A stretch of 43,984 bases of DNA from a virus, in IMG/VR virus record IMGVR_UViG_3300037466_001599. One strand, written 5' to 3'. The translations under genes and the position numbers were made by a program. The notes under the pieces were generated by a model. It made no database searches and was not told the origin of the DNA. It saw only the letters and a program-made list of their open reading frames with translations. Shown here piece after piece: positions 30,246-40,581 of the stretch (the first letter of the stretch is position 1; each line of letters begins with the position of its first letter).

Positions 30246-31756
30246 TGGCCCCGCGTCGCATCGAACTCCCCCTGATCGGGCCATCGAGCAAGGCCAGCTC
30301 GCCGGCCCAGCAGTCGGGACGAACCGTCAACCTCTACCCGGAGTTGGGCGACCCCGACGCCAAGGGGGTGATCGCGCTCAAGCATGTGCCGGGCTCGTTC
30401 CGCTGGGCCGACGCCTCGGCGATCATCACCGGCATCCCGTCCACCGCAGCCGTTCGCGGTATGCACGTGATGGGCAAGCGGGCCTTCTGCGTGATCCACA
30501 ACTACCTGCTGGAGATCACCAGCAACAACAGCTTCATCATCCTGGCGAGCCTTCAGAGCACCACGGGTCCGGTCGGGTTCTCCGCCAACAACAATAAACT
30601 AGTGGTTGGCGATGGCAAGTATTGGACGTATGATTTCACGACGTCGGCGCTTTCGGCGGTCCTGAACGAGGGTGAGGAACAGCTTCAAGGCTACTGGCCA
30701 GAGTGGATCGACGGCACGACGCTATATCCGATCCGCAACAGCGGGACCTATTACTACTCAAACATCGACGATGCAACGACGGTTCGCGGACTAGCGTTCC
30801 TCTCTGCCGAAGGGAACCCTGACAACATCCTTCGGATGCACGTCTGCAACCGCCAGATCATCATCATCGGCGAGAAGTCCACCGAGTGGCATTGGGACAC
30901 CGGGGACGCCGACAACCCCTTCCAGCGCATCTCGGGCGGCTTCGTCGAACATGGCTGCGTCGGAATGCGGGCGTCCTGCAAGTTCGACAACACCGTCGTC
31001 ATGGTGGGGCAGAACGAGGGCGGCGGGGGTCGGATTTTCCGGCTTCGCGGCGCCGGTGCAGCGCCAGAGATCATCTCGACCAAGGCGGTCGAAGACAAGA
31101 TGGTCAAGGCGCTGTTCAGCGAAGACGACCTGTCGCCCAGCATCACCATGTTCCCGTACGACGACGCGGGACACGCGTTCTTCCTGGTCAACACGCCCGA
31201 GGTCGCCCAGACCGTGAACAATCCCGCCCAGCCTTCGATGACGTGGGCGTATGACGCAGCAACCAACATGTGGCACGAGCGCGGGTTCACGAACCCGGCG
31301 ACCGGCCAGTTTGAGCGCATCCTAGGCGACCAGCACATCTATTGGCGCGGACGGCACTACACCGGCGCCTACAACGCCCCGCACATCTACGAGCAGTCCC
31401 TCGACTACTACCGGGAGAACACGCTCCCGCTGGTGAAGTTTCGGGAGAGCGCCGGCCCCCTCTGGCGCGGCGGCAAGACCTTCAAGGTGACGCAAGTCGG
31501 GATCGAGATGGAAGTGGGCGTGGGCCGTGACGGCGGCGTCCAGGGCTCCGAGCCGCTGATCATGCTGCAATACCGCTGGGGCTACGGCCCGTGGTCGAAC
31601 GAGATCACCCGCTCCATCGGCAAGATCGGCGAGGGCAAGACGCTGGTCCGGTTCGGCCCCTGCGGCTCGGGAACCGACTTCATGGTGCGCGTGCGTATTT
31701 CAGATCCCGTGAGAGTGACCCTGCTCCCGAGCTGGGTGGACATCGAGGAGAGCTAG
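30245..31756 (+). CDS. P22 gp10-like tail accessory / packaged-DNA stabilisation protein
   Basis: Recalled similarity to P22 gp10 along its length: NLYPE...LKHVPG; GEKSTEWHW.TGDA; C-terminus FMVRVRISDPVRVTLLPSWVDIEE versus GFKLRVITKSPVTLSGCQIRLE. Confidence 0.7.
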   Translation: MAPRRIELPLIGPSSKASSPAQQSGRTVNLYPELGDPDAKGVIALKHVPGSFRWADASAIITGIPSTAAVRGMHVMGKRAFCVIHNYLLEITSNNSFIILASLQSTTGPVGFSANNNKLVVGDGKYWTYDFTTSALSAVLNEGEEQLQGYWPEWIDGTTLYPIRNSGTYYYSNIDDATTVRGLAFLSAEGNPDNILRMHVCNRQIIIIGEKSTEWHWDTGDADNPFQRISGGFVEHGCVGMRASCKFDNTVVMVGQNEGGGGRIFRLRGAGAAPEIISTKAVEDKMVKALFSEDDLSPSITMFPYDDAGHAFFLVNTPEVAQTVNNPAQPSMTWAYDAATNMWHERGFTNPATGQFERILGDQHIYWRGRHYTGAYNAPHIYEQSLDYYRENTLPLVKFRESAGPLWRGGKTFKVTQVGIEMEVGVGRDGGVQGSEPLIMLQYRWGYGPWSNEITRSIGKIGEGKTLVRFGPCGSGTDFMVRVRISDPVRVTLLPSWVDIEES

Positions 31757-31757
31757 G

Positions 31758-32336
31758 ATGGGCTTGCTTTCGGGCCTTACCGATCACGTCGCGGGGTTCT
31801 TCGCGCACGGCGCTGAGAAGAAGCAGACGAAGAACGCACTGCGCGCCTACGACCGCGCGGATGCGGCGTCGCTCGGCGCTCGTGACGCCTCGGTGGGCTA
31901 CTATCAGCCGTTCCTCCAAGGCGGCACGCAGGCGTTCGGCAACGCGCTCGCCATGACGCAGCCGGGCTTCCAGTACTCGCCCTCCGATCCGTCGTATGGC
32001 TTCCGGCTGAACGAGGGCCTGAACGCCGTGCAGCGCTCTGCGGCGGCCGGCGGCGCGCTCCATTCTGGCGGCACGCTGAAGGCGCTCAACAACTACGCCC
32101 AGAACGTCGCCTCGACGCAATACCAGAACGACTTCAACAACCTCGCGACACTCGGCCGCTTTGGCCTGGAGGGCGCGCAGGGCTCGGCGCAGGCCCAAAG
32201 CGGCTACGCCGACAACCTACTGCGGAGCGCCTACGGTCGGTCGGGCATCTACAAAGACCGCGGCGAGGCAATCGCCAAGCAGTTCGCGGACGGGTCCAAT
32301 ATCGTCCAGGACCTCGGCAAGATTTTCGGGCTCTGA
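31758..32336 (+). CDS. hypothetical virion protein (192 aa)
   Basis: Position in the tail/ejection module. Confidence 0.6.
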   Translation: MGLLSGLTDHVAGFFAHGAEKKQTKNALRAYDRADAASLGARDASVGYYQPFLQGGTQAFGNALAMTQPGFQYSPSDPSYGFRLNEGLNAVQRSAAAGGALHSGGTLKALNNYAQNVASTQYQNDFNNLATLGRFGLEGAQGSAQAQSGYADNLLRSAYGRSGIYKDRGEAIAKQFADGSNIVQDLGKIFGL

Positions 32337-32338
32337 CC

Positions 32339-34036
32339 ATGGCAGACGCTTTCCTCGACACCCTGAACGCCTGGGACGAGCGCCGGCGCAAGCAGCAGGA
32401 AGATCAGGCGGCTGCGTCGAAGAACGCGCTCTATCGGCAGGCTGGCGCCATGATCGCCTCTGGCGACGCCACAGGCGGGCGCAACGCGCTCTACAGGGCG
32501 GGCGATTTCGCGATGGCCAACACGGTCGGGACGAACATCGAGGCCGACCGCAAGCGCCAGGCCGAAGCGCTGGACAAGTTCACCACTGGCGTCGGCCGTC
32601 TGCTGGACATGGGCGTTCCGGCCGATCAGGCATGGGCGCTGGGCGAGCGCGTGTCAGGTGACCTGGGCATCGATCCGGGGGCGCTCCAACGCAACCGCGA
32701 CGCCTACCTGTCCAACCCCAAGGGGTTCATCACCTTCTACAACGACGCGGCGAAGCGTGAGAAGGCCGAGTTCGCGAAGGCGAGCGATGGGTCCTATACC
32801 GCAGCCGACCCCTACACCGGTAAGCCGCTCTACCAGTATCAAGCGCCGACCGCCGACAAGTACGAGCAGTTCGACCCCGAGAAGGAAATCCGCCGCATTC
32901 CTGGGCGGCCGGGCTCCAGCGCCGCGCCGAACACCTTCGCGAACGGCGAGGGACCGAACGCGCGGCCGCCTCAAGGGAACACTTTCGCCAATGGCGAGGC
33001 GCCAAACGCTGACCAGACCGTCGCCGCCCTGACTGGCATGGGCGCCCGCGTGACCAGCGCAGCCCGTACGCCAGAGGAAAATGCCCGCGTCGGCGGGGTT
33101 CCCAACTCCTACCACCTCACCACGCGCGGCGGGGTCGCCCGCGATCTCGTGCCGCCGGCCGGCATGAGCATGGCGCAGTTCCATCAGGAGGTTCGCCGCC
33201 GTCTGCCCGCTGGATGGGAGGCTATCAACGAAGGCGACCACATCCACATCGAGCCGGGGCCGGGTGGCGGCCGAGTGGCGCAAGCTCCGTCACAACCAGG
33301 CGCGCCCGAACTCGTGCGCCCGGCCCGACCCAAGGCGGCGCAGTCCGAAAACGCCCCGTCGGGTTTCCGCTGGAAACCGGACGGTTCGCTTGAGCCTATC
33401 CCTGGCGGGCCTGCCGACACCATTTCGCAGGGCGGCAAGGTCACGGAGGGCGAGCGCACCGCTGGCTTCCTAGCATCGAGGCTTGCCGACTCGCTTCGCA
33501 ACCTGACGACGATTTCGCAGAGCGACCCTGGAGCCCGCAAGCCCGGCATCTTGGAGTCCGTGGCCAAGAGCGCGCCATTCGTGGGCGGGGAGGGCCAGGC
33601 GAACATCGTCCGCAGCTCCGACCGCCAACAGGTCATAGCCAACCAGCTTGACGTGCTGGACGCGGCGCTGACCCTCGGGACCGGAGCGGCTTATACGAAA
33701 GAGCAGCTCCGGAACTATCAGCAGGTCTACTTTCCAGGCCTCACCGACAAGCCCGAGACTGTCCGTGCCAAGGGCCAGAAGCTGATCGCGCTGCTGGAGG
33801 CCGCCAAGATCAAGGCGGGCCGCTCGGCTCCCCCTGCGCTAGACGAAGCGATTGCGGCGGCCAGGGCGCAAATCGCGGGGACTGCGGCGCCAGCCGTCCA
33901 GCCGCGCCAGCCGGCCCAGGCGCAATCGACGCGCGCTCAGGGCGGCATCCCCACGCTCTCCCCCCAGGAAGCCGCCAAGCTCCCCAAGGGCTCCAGGTTC
34001 CGCACCACTGACGGCAGGGTCCTTGTCCGGCAATGA
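32339..34036 (+). CDS. internal virion/ejection protein with M15-family (VanY-like) peptidoglycan peptidase domain
   Basis: ARVTSAARTPEENARVGGVPNSYHL...GGVARDL...EGDHIHIEP (H, D, H zinc ligand pattern of Peptidase_M15). Confidence 0.75.
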   Translation: MADAFLDTLNAWDERRRKQQEDQAAASKNALYRQAGAMIASGDATGGRNALYRAGDFAMANTVGTNIEADRKRQAEALDKFTTGVGRLLDMGVPADQAWALGERVSGDLGIDPGALQRNRDAYLSNPKGFITFYNDAAKREKAEFAKASDGSYTAADPYTGKPLYQYQAPTADKYEQFDPEKEIRRIPGRPGSSAAPNTFANGEGPNARPPQGNTFANGEAPNADQTVAALTGMGARVTSAARTPEENARVGGVPNSYHLTTRGGVARDLVPPAGMSMAQFHQEVRRRLPAGWEAINEGDHIHIEPGPGGGRVAQAPSQPGAPELVRPARPKAAQSENAPSGFRWKPDGSLEPIPGGPADTISQGGKVTEGERTAGFLASRLADSLRNLTTISQSDPGARKPGILESVAKSAPFVGGEGQANIVRSSDRQQVIANQLDVLDAALTLGTGAAYTKEQLRNYQQVYFPGLTDKPETVRAKGQKLIALLEAAKIKAGRSAPPALDEAIAAARAQIAGTAAPAVQPRQPAQAQSTRAQGGIPTLSPQEAAKLPKGSRFRTTDGRVLVRQ

Positions 34037-35514
34037 GCGATCCGTATGCAGGCATCGGCGTAGCGGCTGACGACGACCCCTATGCGGGGATCGGCGCGCC
34101 AGTGCAGCAGGCCGCGCCCCGCAAGCGTACCGCCACGGAGGCCGTCACCGGCTTCATGGCGAACGTCAACCGCGCGATCCCGTTGGCGGATGAAGCCGCC
34201 GCCGGAATTCAGGCGGGCGTCAATGTGCTGTCAGGCCGCGCGTCGGCCGCTCATCCCATCCAGGCCTTCAACAACGCGCTCGCCCAGCAGCGCGGCTATG
34301 AGGACACCTTCGACGCTGAGCATCCGAACGTCGCCGCGCTTGGCCGCGGGCTGGGCATGGCGGGCACGGTCGCGCTTCCGGGCGGACAGGCCGCAGCAGC
34401 GCCTAACGCGCTCGCGCGCGTGGCGCAAGGAACGGCGACCGCAGCCGGGACCGGCGCGGCCTATGCCATCGCCGACCGCGGCACGGCTCCCGAGCGTCTG
34501 AAAGCGGGCGTGGAAGCGGCGATCAACCCGCTGAATCTCGCCTTCGGCGCGCTTGGCGCCCGCGTGGGCGTAGCGCCCAAGGCCAAACCCGCCAAGCCGC
34601 CAAGCCTTTCCGAACTCACCACGGCGCGCAAGGCGGCCTACAAGGACGTGGAGCAATCCGGCCACAAGTTCAACGCGCAAGCGTTCGGCGGCATGGTGGA
34701 CGACCTTCGCGCCCAGCTCGCCAAGGAGCAGTTCGACCCCGACTTCCACCCGACCGTGCAGACGATGTTGGCGCGGCTGGACGCGAAGGTGAAGCAGGGC
34801 TATGCGCCGACCCTCGCCGAACTCGACAACCTGCGCAAGTTCGTCAGCAAGAACGTGGCCGGCGTGGGGGACAAGAACACTCGCAGGCTCGGCGGCGTTA
34901 TCATGCGCGGCATTGACGGGCTGATCGACAGCGAGGGCGCCGCGGCGGAAATCGTCGGCAAGGCCCGCGACCTCTACAAGCGCGAAAGCAAGGTGTCGGC
35001 GGTCACCGAGGCTGTGCAGAAGGGGCGCAAGGCGGCGGCGAAGTCCGGCTCGGGCGCGAACGTCGACAACGCCATCCGCCAAAAGCTCGACAAGGTTCTT
35101 GAGAAGACCCAGAACCTGACCTCCGACGAGCGCGCCGCCCTGGAAAGCATCGTCTATGGCGGGCCGGTCCAAAACACCGCCCGGGCGGTTGGCAAGATGT
35201 CGCCGCTATCGGGCGGGCTGTCGGGCATGCTCAACACGCTGGCGGCGCACGCGACGGGCGGCGCGAGCCTCGCCTTCAGCGTCCCGGCTTCGGTGGCGAA
35301 GGTGGGGGCCGACGCCGCGACCAAGACCAAGGTCAGGAACCTGATCGATCTTATGGCGGCCGGCGGCTCGCGCGAGCAGCTTCTCGCCGCACAGAAGACC
35401 GCCCAGCAGATCGACGGTCCCGCCGGTCAGGCGCTCCGCAAGCTCATCGCAGCCCGCATCAGCCGAGTTGGCGGCGTCGCGAGCGGCGCACCCAGCGCCA
35501 GCCCCGCACGATAG
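34033..35514 (+). CDS. internal virion/ejection protein (493 aa, Ala-rich)
   Basis: Position and composition. Tandem DPYAGIG at the N-terminus. Confidence 0.6.
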   Translation: MSDPYAGIGVAADDDPYAGIGAPVQQAAPRKRTATEAVTGFMANVNRAIPLADEAAAGIQAGVNVLSGRASAAHPIQAFNNALAQQRGYEDTFDAEHPNVAALGRGLGMAGTVALPGGQAAAAPNALARVAQGTATAAGTGAAYAIADRGTAPERLKAGVEAAINPLNLAFGALGARVGVAPKAKPAKPPSLSELTTARKAAYKDVEQSGHKFNAQAFGGMVDDLRAQLAKEQFDPDFHPTVQTMLARLDAKVKQGYAPTLAELDNLRKFVSKNVAGVGDKNTRRLGGVIMRGIDGLIDSEGAAAEIVGKARDLYKRESKVSAVTEAVQKGRKAAAKSGSGANVDNAIRQKLDKVLEKTQNLTSDERAALESIVYGGPVQNTARAVGKMSPLSGGLSGMLNTLAAHATGGASLAFSVPASVAKVGADAATKTKVRNLIDLMAAGGSREQLLAAQKTAQQIDGPAGQALRKLIAARISRVGGVASGAPSASPAR

Positions 35515-35623
35515 CCACCCACAGAATGAAGAAGCCGGGAACCCACGCGCTCTCTGCGTAGAGCCGGTCGAACTCGTCTTCCTCTTCCACACCCCCTGAT
35601 TAGCACAACGCGGAGCCGAACGC

Positions 35624-36286
35624 ATGGCCCTTGCGAAGCTCGACCTGCGCGACATTGATTGGGACCTCGACGGGTTCCTCAATGCCGGCGGCAAGCTCCA
35701 CACCTACGCCGCGGGAACCACGACCGAACAGGCGACCTATGCCGACGCGGACGGGACGGCGAACACCAACCCTGTGGTCTTCGACAGCTCGGGTCAGTTT
35801 CACCTCTGGCTGACCAAGGGCCTCGCCTACAAGCTCGTCTGGACCGACGCCGATAACGTTCCGATGTACTCGGAAGACAACGTTGTCATCGCCGACGACG
35901 CGGCGGCCAACGTCGGCAAGTACCTGCTGCATGGGTCGTACTTCTCAAGCGGCCCACCCTCAGCGTCCCAGCCGCTCGACGGCGACGACTTCACCGTTGC
36001 GGTCACGTTCCCGATCAACTTCGCCGGGGCCTTCGGCAGCGTCCTGACCGCGGGTCGGCCCACCGCCTCCTTCGCCATCGACGTGCGCCGCAACGCGACC
36101 GCCGTGGATACCGGCGAGAGCGTCGGGACCATCACCATCGCGACGGACGGGACCTTCACCTTCGCGACAGCCCTCGGGGCAGAAGTGGCGCTGGAGATCG
36201 GAGACGACATCACCTTCTGGGCGCCCGCCAGCACCGACGACACCGCCAACAGCTTCAAGTTCACCCTGATCGGGGACCTGGCATGA
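35624..36286 (+). CDS. tail fibre/adaptor protein
   Basis: N-terminus GGKLHTYAAGTTTEQATYADADGTANTNPVVFDSSGQF resembles conserved fibre N-terminal domains. Confidence 0.6.
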   Translation: MALAKLDLRDIDWDLDGFLNAGGKLHTYAAGTTTEQATYADADGTANTNPVVFDSSGQFHLWLTKGLAYKLVWTDADNVPMYSEDNVVIADDAAANVGKYLLHGSYFSSGPPSASQPLDGDDFTVAVTFPINFAGAFGSVLTAGRPTASFAIDVRRNATAVDTGESVGTITIATDGTFTFATALGAEVALEIGDDITFWAPASTDDTANSFKFTLIGDLA

Positions 36287-37269
36287 GCTACCTGTTCCTC
36301 GGCGGGGCCTCGATGTCGCGGTTCTCGCCGCTCGATTCCAACGCCTTCGAGAGCACCGACGCGTCGGGCTTCCAGTCCGACATCGGCGCGTTCGCGATCA
36401 AGATCGCATCGGCGCATTCCGGCGTCGAGAGCGAGCATTGGGCGGAGGCGGCCGACCTCTGGATTCACGCCTGCCACTACAACGACAACACGGACGGGTT
36501 CTTCTCCACCGCCGACTGCATCGAGATCGTTTCCGAGGCTGGCGTCACCCTGGCGCGCTGCCGGCCGGTCTACACCTCCTCGGGGGTGTTCAATTACAAA
36601 TGGTGGACGCTGCAAGGCGGCGTCGAGACCGTGGTCGGCACCGCCACCGGCACGACCGGCGCGGTGCGGACGCTCGACGTCAACTTGGTCGGCAACACGG
36701 CCTCCGGAAGCCTGGCCTTCTACATCAACGGGACGCAGTTGCTGTCCGTCTCGGGCCTGAACCATTCAGGGTTTACCGGCGGGGCCTATGTGCGGCTGGG
36801 CGGCTCGGCGTCCTCGGGCTCTCCGCGCGCCTACTGGAGCGAAGTGGCCGCGGCGTCGCACTCGCTCATCGGCAAGCGGTTCGAGACGCGCCGGCCCACC
36901 GGCAACAGCGCGGCGAACCTCGGCTACGGCGCGGGCGACTATTCCACCGTGGACGATATCACCTACTCCGATGTGGACGGCATCACGTCCGCCTCGGCGA
37001 ACGAGGTCCGCACCTTCACCTATGACGCCACGAACGCGAACGGCTGGGCGATAGACGCTGTAGGTCCGTCCGACCGCGTGAAGGCCGGCGCCACCGGGCC
37101 GCAGAACGAGCAGAAGGCGCTTCGCATCGGCTCCACCAACTACTTCAGCAGCACCAAGGCGCTGACGCCGGGCTACAGCCCCAAGGGCGGCATCTGGGAG
37201 ACCGACCCCTCCACGTCCGCCGCCTGGGCGGACCTACCCGACGAGTTCGGGGCGAAGTCGATCACATGA
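36283..37269 (+). CDS. hypothetical tail-associated protein (328 aa)
   Basis: ATGA-coupled, position. Confidence 0.6.
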   Translation: MSYLFLGGASMSRFSPLDSNAFESTDASGFQSDIGAFAIKIASAHSGVESEHWAEAADLWIHACHYNDNTDGFFSTADCIEIVSEAGVTLARCRPVYTSSGVFNYKWWTLQGGVETVVGTATGTTGAVRTLDVNLVGNTASGSLAFYINGTQLLSVSGLNHSGFTGGAYVRLGGSASSGSPRAYWSEVAAASHSLIGKRFETRRPTGNSAANLGYGAGDYSTVDDITYSDVDGITSASANEVRTFTYDATNANGWAIDAVGPSDRVKAGATGPQNEQKALRIGSTNYFSSTKALTPGYSPKGGIWETDPSTSAAWADLPDEFGAKSIT

Positions 37270-37442
37270 GCGCCGACGTCACCAAGATCGATCTGGTCGT
37301 GGGCTGGGGCAACCAGGAAGACGACGCGATCCACATCTCCAAGCTGGACATCGTGATCGCTTGGGACCCGACCGGAACCGCGCCAGCGCGGCGCCAGCGC
37401 CCGAAGGTCCGCGCCCAGATCATCTATCCGGTGGAGGACTAG
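37266..37442 (+). CDS. candidate small protein (58 aa)
   Basis: MSADVTKIDLVVGWGNQEDDAIHISKLDIVIAWDP... fills the gap. ATGA-coupled upstream, and the next ORF starts directly after its stop. Confidence 0.45.
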   Translation: MSADVTKIDLVVGWGNQEDDAIHISKLDIVIAWDPTGTAPARRQRPKVRAQIIYPVED

Positions 37443-37796
37443 GTGGCGACCTCCATCTACTACCCCCGCGACGCCTTCTCCGCGGCCGGGGTCAATCAGG
37501 CGGGCTTGGACTTCCTGGAGCGTCTGAAGACCCTCGTCGCCGCGCTGGAGGCCGCCTCGCCAGGCACGGACGATGATGGCGAGCCCATTGACCTCAGCGA
37601 TATCTTAGCCCGCCTGGCGGCGGTGGAAACCCTGGCCGCGCTCGCCAAGCAGATCGCCGAGGAAGCCCCGCTCTGGATCAGGCCGCAACTCACCGTGGCC
37701 CAAATCCTCGCCATCACCGACGACGCCCTGAAGGTCCCGAGCGGGGACTGGTTCTTCACGCCCGCCGGGGATCGCCTCCTGATGCCGAGCGCCTGA
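37443..37796 (+). CDS. hypothetical protein (117 aa)
   Basis: ORF track (GTG start). Confidence 0.55.
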   Translation: MATSIYYPRDAFSAAGVNQAGLDFLERLKTLVAALEAASPGTDDDGEPIDLSDILARLAAVETLAALAKQIAEEAPLWIRPQLTVAQILAITDDALKVPSGDWFFTPAGDRLLMPSA

Positions 37797-37797
37797 C

Positions 37798-38136
37798 ATG
37801 ACCGTATTGCTAAAGAACCTCTACACCGGGCACATCACCACATCCACGACGCCGCTCTACACGGCCCCCGACACGGCGTCGGCGCGGATCATGGGCGCAA
37901 CGCTCTGGAACGCCTCGACGGACCAGGAGCAGTACTCGTTCTGGCGCGTGACGGGCGGCTCGCCCAGCGACGCCAACGTGCTGGCCGAAAACCACCTGAT
38001 CGCCGCCAGCGACAATCTCACCGTGGACGTGCTGAGCGAGTTGGTGCTGGAGCCCGGCCAGGCGCTCTACGCCAAGGCCTCCAGCGACTCGGTCCTCACG
38101 CTCGCCCTGAGCGGCATCGAACAGACGGTTTCCTGA
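37798..38136 (+). CDS. hypothetical protein (112 aa)
   Basis: ORF track. Confidence 0.6.
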   Translation: MTVLLKNLYTGHITTSTTPLYTAPDTASARIMGATLWNASTDQEQYSFWRVTGGSPSDANVLAENHLIAASDNLTVDVLSELVLEPGQALYAKASSDSVLTLALSGIEQTVS

Positions 38137-38137
38137 C

Positions 38138-39319
38138 ATGCCCAAACTCGCAGACATGGCGGCGGCCGGTGCGCTGTCGGACACCGACAAGTGGTACGTC
38201 GAGCAGGGTGGGGCCGAGAAGCAGGCCGACCCGACGCTGATCGCGGATTACGTCATCGCCTACGACGCCGAGTTGAGCGCTATCGCCGGCCTGACGTCAG
38301 CCGCTGACAGGGGCATCTACTTCACCGGCTCCGGTACGGCCTCGCTGTTCACGTTCACCAGCTTCGCACGCTCCCTGGTGGACGATGCCGACGCGGCGGC
38401 CGCACGCACAACGCTTGGCTTGGCGACCGTCGCTTCCACCGGCAGCGCGGCCGACCTCACCGGCAACCTGAGCGTCAACCGCCTGAACAGCGGCACGAGC
38501 GCCAGCGCTACGACCTTCTGGCGTGGCGACGGGACCTGGGCCACCCCATCGGGGGCGACCCTAGCCGATGGCGACTATGGCGATATCACCGCCAGCTCGT
38601 CAGGTACGGTCCTGAGCGTCGATAACGACGCTGTGAGCGACGCCAAGCTGCGGAACTCGGCAGCGCTCAGCGTCATCGGGCGCTCGGCCAACTCCACGGG
38701 CGATCCGGCGGATATCGCGGCGGGAAGCGATGGGGACGTCCTGCGTCGGTCAGGAACGACCCTCGGCTTCGGGACGGTCGCCACCGCCGGCATCGCCAAC
38801 TCGGCCGTCACGCTCGCCAAGATCGCCAACGCGTCGGCCAACTCGCGGCTCCTGGGCTCGGGCTCTGGCGGCTCCGGTGCGGCCTACACCGAACTCACGG
38901 TCGGCACGGGGCTGACCATGGGGGCGTCGTCCCTCAGCGTCGATCAGACCGCGCTCAAGCCCAAGGAAGCTATCGGTATCGCCTGTTCGGACGAGACGAC
39001 GGCGATCACGACCGGGACCGCCAAGGCGACGTTCCGCATGCCCTACGCCTTCACCCTGTCCGAAGTGCGGGCTTCCGTAACGACGGCTCCCACGGGCTCA
39101 ACGATCATCATCGACATAAACGAGGGTGGCACGACGATCCTCTCCACCAAGCTCAGCATCGACGCCTCGGAGAAGACCTCGACCACGGCGGCGAGCGCGG
39201 CGGTGATCTCGGATAGCTCGCTGGCCGACGACGCGGAAATGACCATCGACTTCGATCAGGTCGGATCCACCATCGCGGGCGCTGGCGTCAAGGTCTGGCT
39301 GATCGGGACGCGGACGTGA
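38138..39319 (+). CDS. tail fibre protein
   Basis: [21 protein letters not shown] and [11 protein letters not shown] are classic phage fibre motifs. Ser/Thr/Ala/Gly-rich. Confidence 0.7.
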   Translation: MPKLADMAAAGALSDTDKWYVEQGGAEKQADPTLIADYVIAYDAELSAIAGLTSAADRGIYFTGSGTASLFTFTSFARSLVDDADAAAARTTLGLATVASTGSAADLTGNLSVNRLNSGTSASATTFWRGDGTWATPSGATLADGDYGDITASSSGTVLSVDNDAVSDAKLRNSAALSVIGRSANSTGDPADIAAGSDGDVLRRSGTTLGFGTVATAGIANSAVTLAKIANASANSRLLGSGSGGSGAAYTELTVGTGLTMGASSLSVDQTALKPKEAIGIACSDETTAITTGTAKATFRMPYAFTLSEVRASVTTAPTGSTIIIDINEGGTTILSTKLSIDASEKTSTTAASAAVISDSSLADDAEMTIDFDQVGSTIAGAGVKVWLIGTRT

Positions 39320-40581
39320 GCTTCATCCTCAATCCGTATCGGTATGGCTCGGGTGTCGCGCCGTCCGACGCGCCCGGCGCGCTCGTCTACTTGTCGGCCG
39401 ACAGCACCACCAGCCCGATCCCGTTCGACGGCGAAGTCTATGACACCGGGAATTGGCACAGCGGAACCAATCCCAGCCGCTTGACCATGCCCTCGACAGT
39501 CACTGTCGCTCGTGTGATCGCCAATCAGCAGCAGTCCTCGGGCACGCCGCAATCGGCCGCCCACCAACTGAACGGCAGTCCCTTTCGGGGCCGCGGTCAG
39601 GCGCGCACCCTGTTTTCGGGCAACGAGCGGGTGAACCTGTGCTCGGCGCTGATACCCGTCGCGACGAGCGACTATTTCGAGACGGCGACCGGCGTCACGA
39701 CTTCGGTCGGCGCGATCAACACCTGGTTCGCCGCCGAGAAGGTCGCATCGACCCTCAAACGCGCCTTGGTCTACCGCTCCTCGACGCTTGTGCTCTCAAG
39801 CGGCGTCAACACCACCTTGGGCTTCGACAGCGAGGTCTACGACACCGACGCTTTCCATGACACGGTGACGAACAACTCGCGCCTGACGGTTCCGAGCGGC
39901 GTCTCTCTGGTCCGCATCCTTCTGAACGTCGAGACGGGCAACGCGGGCGGCCAGGCGGTCATCAACTGCACGAAGAACGGGGCGGCCTTCGCTGGCGGGT
40001 TCGCGCGTGACATCGAAGTCGGCGCCACGAGCAACTACCTCAACGGCGTTTCGGCGCCTATCGAGGTGGCGGCGGGCGATTTCTTCGAGGCGCAAATCCA
40101 GACCAGCGGCGCCGCCACCGTGCAGGCGGACGAGTCTACCTGGTTCGCCATCGAGGAAGTGCCTTCGACGTACAAGCGCTGCCTCGCCGTCCGAACCGGC
40201 ACGCAGGCGATCAGCGCCAACACGCCCACCGCCATCACCTGGACCGGGACCGACATCTACGATGCGGACGGGATGCACGATCCGGCGAGCAATTCCGACC
40301 GTATCACCGTGCCGTCGGGCGTCACCGAGGCGCGGGCGTCCTTCAATATCCAGGGACCAAGTTCCGCCGCTAGCGTGTCGGGTTGGGTGACGCTGAACGG
40401 GAACCAATACTACGGCGCCCCCGACGCCGGGACGGACACCACGGCCTCCGACAGCATCGGCGGCATCGGCGCCTGGGTGCCGGTCTCGTCGGGTGACATC
40501 TTCCGGTGCGTCATCAACGCCACCGTTGGCCTAACCCTAGGGGCGAATAACCAGCTGTGGTTCTGTGTGGAGTGCCGCTAG
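39316..40581 (+). CDS. distal fibre/receptor-binding candidate made of three tandem ~130-aa repeats
   Basis: Three repeats share FD.EVYDT..(W/F)H....N.SRLT(V/M)PS.V and end in TWFA(A/I)E(K/E)V / LWFCVEC. Confidence 0.6.
   Translation: MSFILNPYRYGSGVAPSDAPGALVYLSADSTTSPIPFDGEVYDTGNWHSGTNPSRLTMPSTVTVARVIANQQQSSGTPQSAAHQLNGSPFRGRGQARTLFSGNERVNLCSALIPVATSDYFETATGVTTSVGAINTWFAAEKVASTLKRALVYRSSTLVLSSGVNTTLGFDSEVYDTDAFHDTVTNNSRLTVPSGVSLVRILLNVETGNAGGQAVINCTKNGAAFAGGFARDIEVGATSNYLNGVSAPIEVAAGDFFEAQIQTSGAATVQADESTWFAIEEVPSTYKRCLAVRTGTQAISANTPTAITWTGTDIYDADGMHDPASNSDRITVPSGVTEARASFNIQGPSSAASVSGWVTLNGNQYYGAPDAGTDTTASDSIGGIGAWVPVSSGDIFRCVINATVGLTLGANNQLWFCVECR

Noticed and set aside
35456-35590. 44-aa minus-strand ORF (GTG start; EEEDEFDRLYAESAWVPGFFILWVAIVRGWRW...) in the gap before the fibre genes
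   Set aside because: It has hydrophobic, protein-like composition and fairly high GC3. However, the GGGGG lies only 1 nt from the GTG, and 59 nt overlap the 3' end of the upstream ejection-protein gene, so it may be a shadow. This is too weak to list as a feature.
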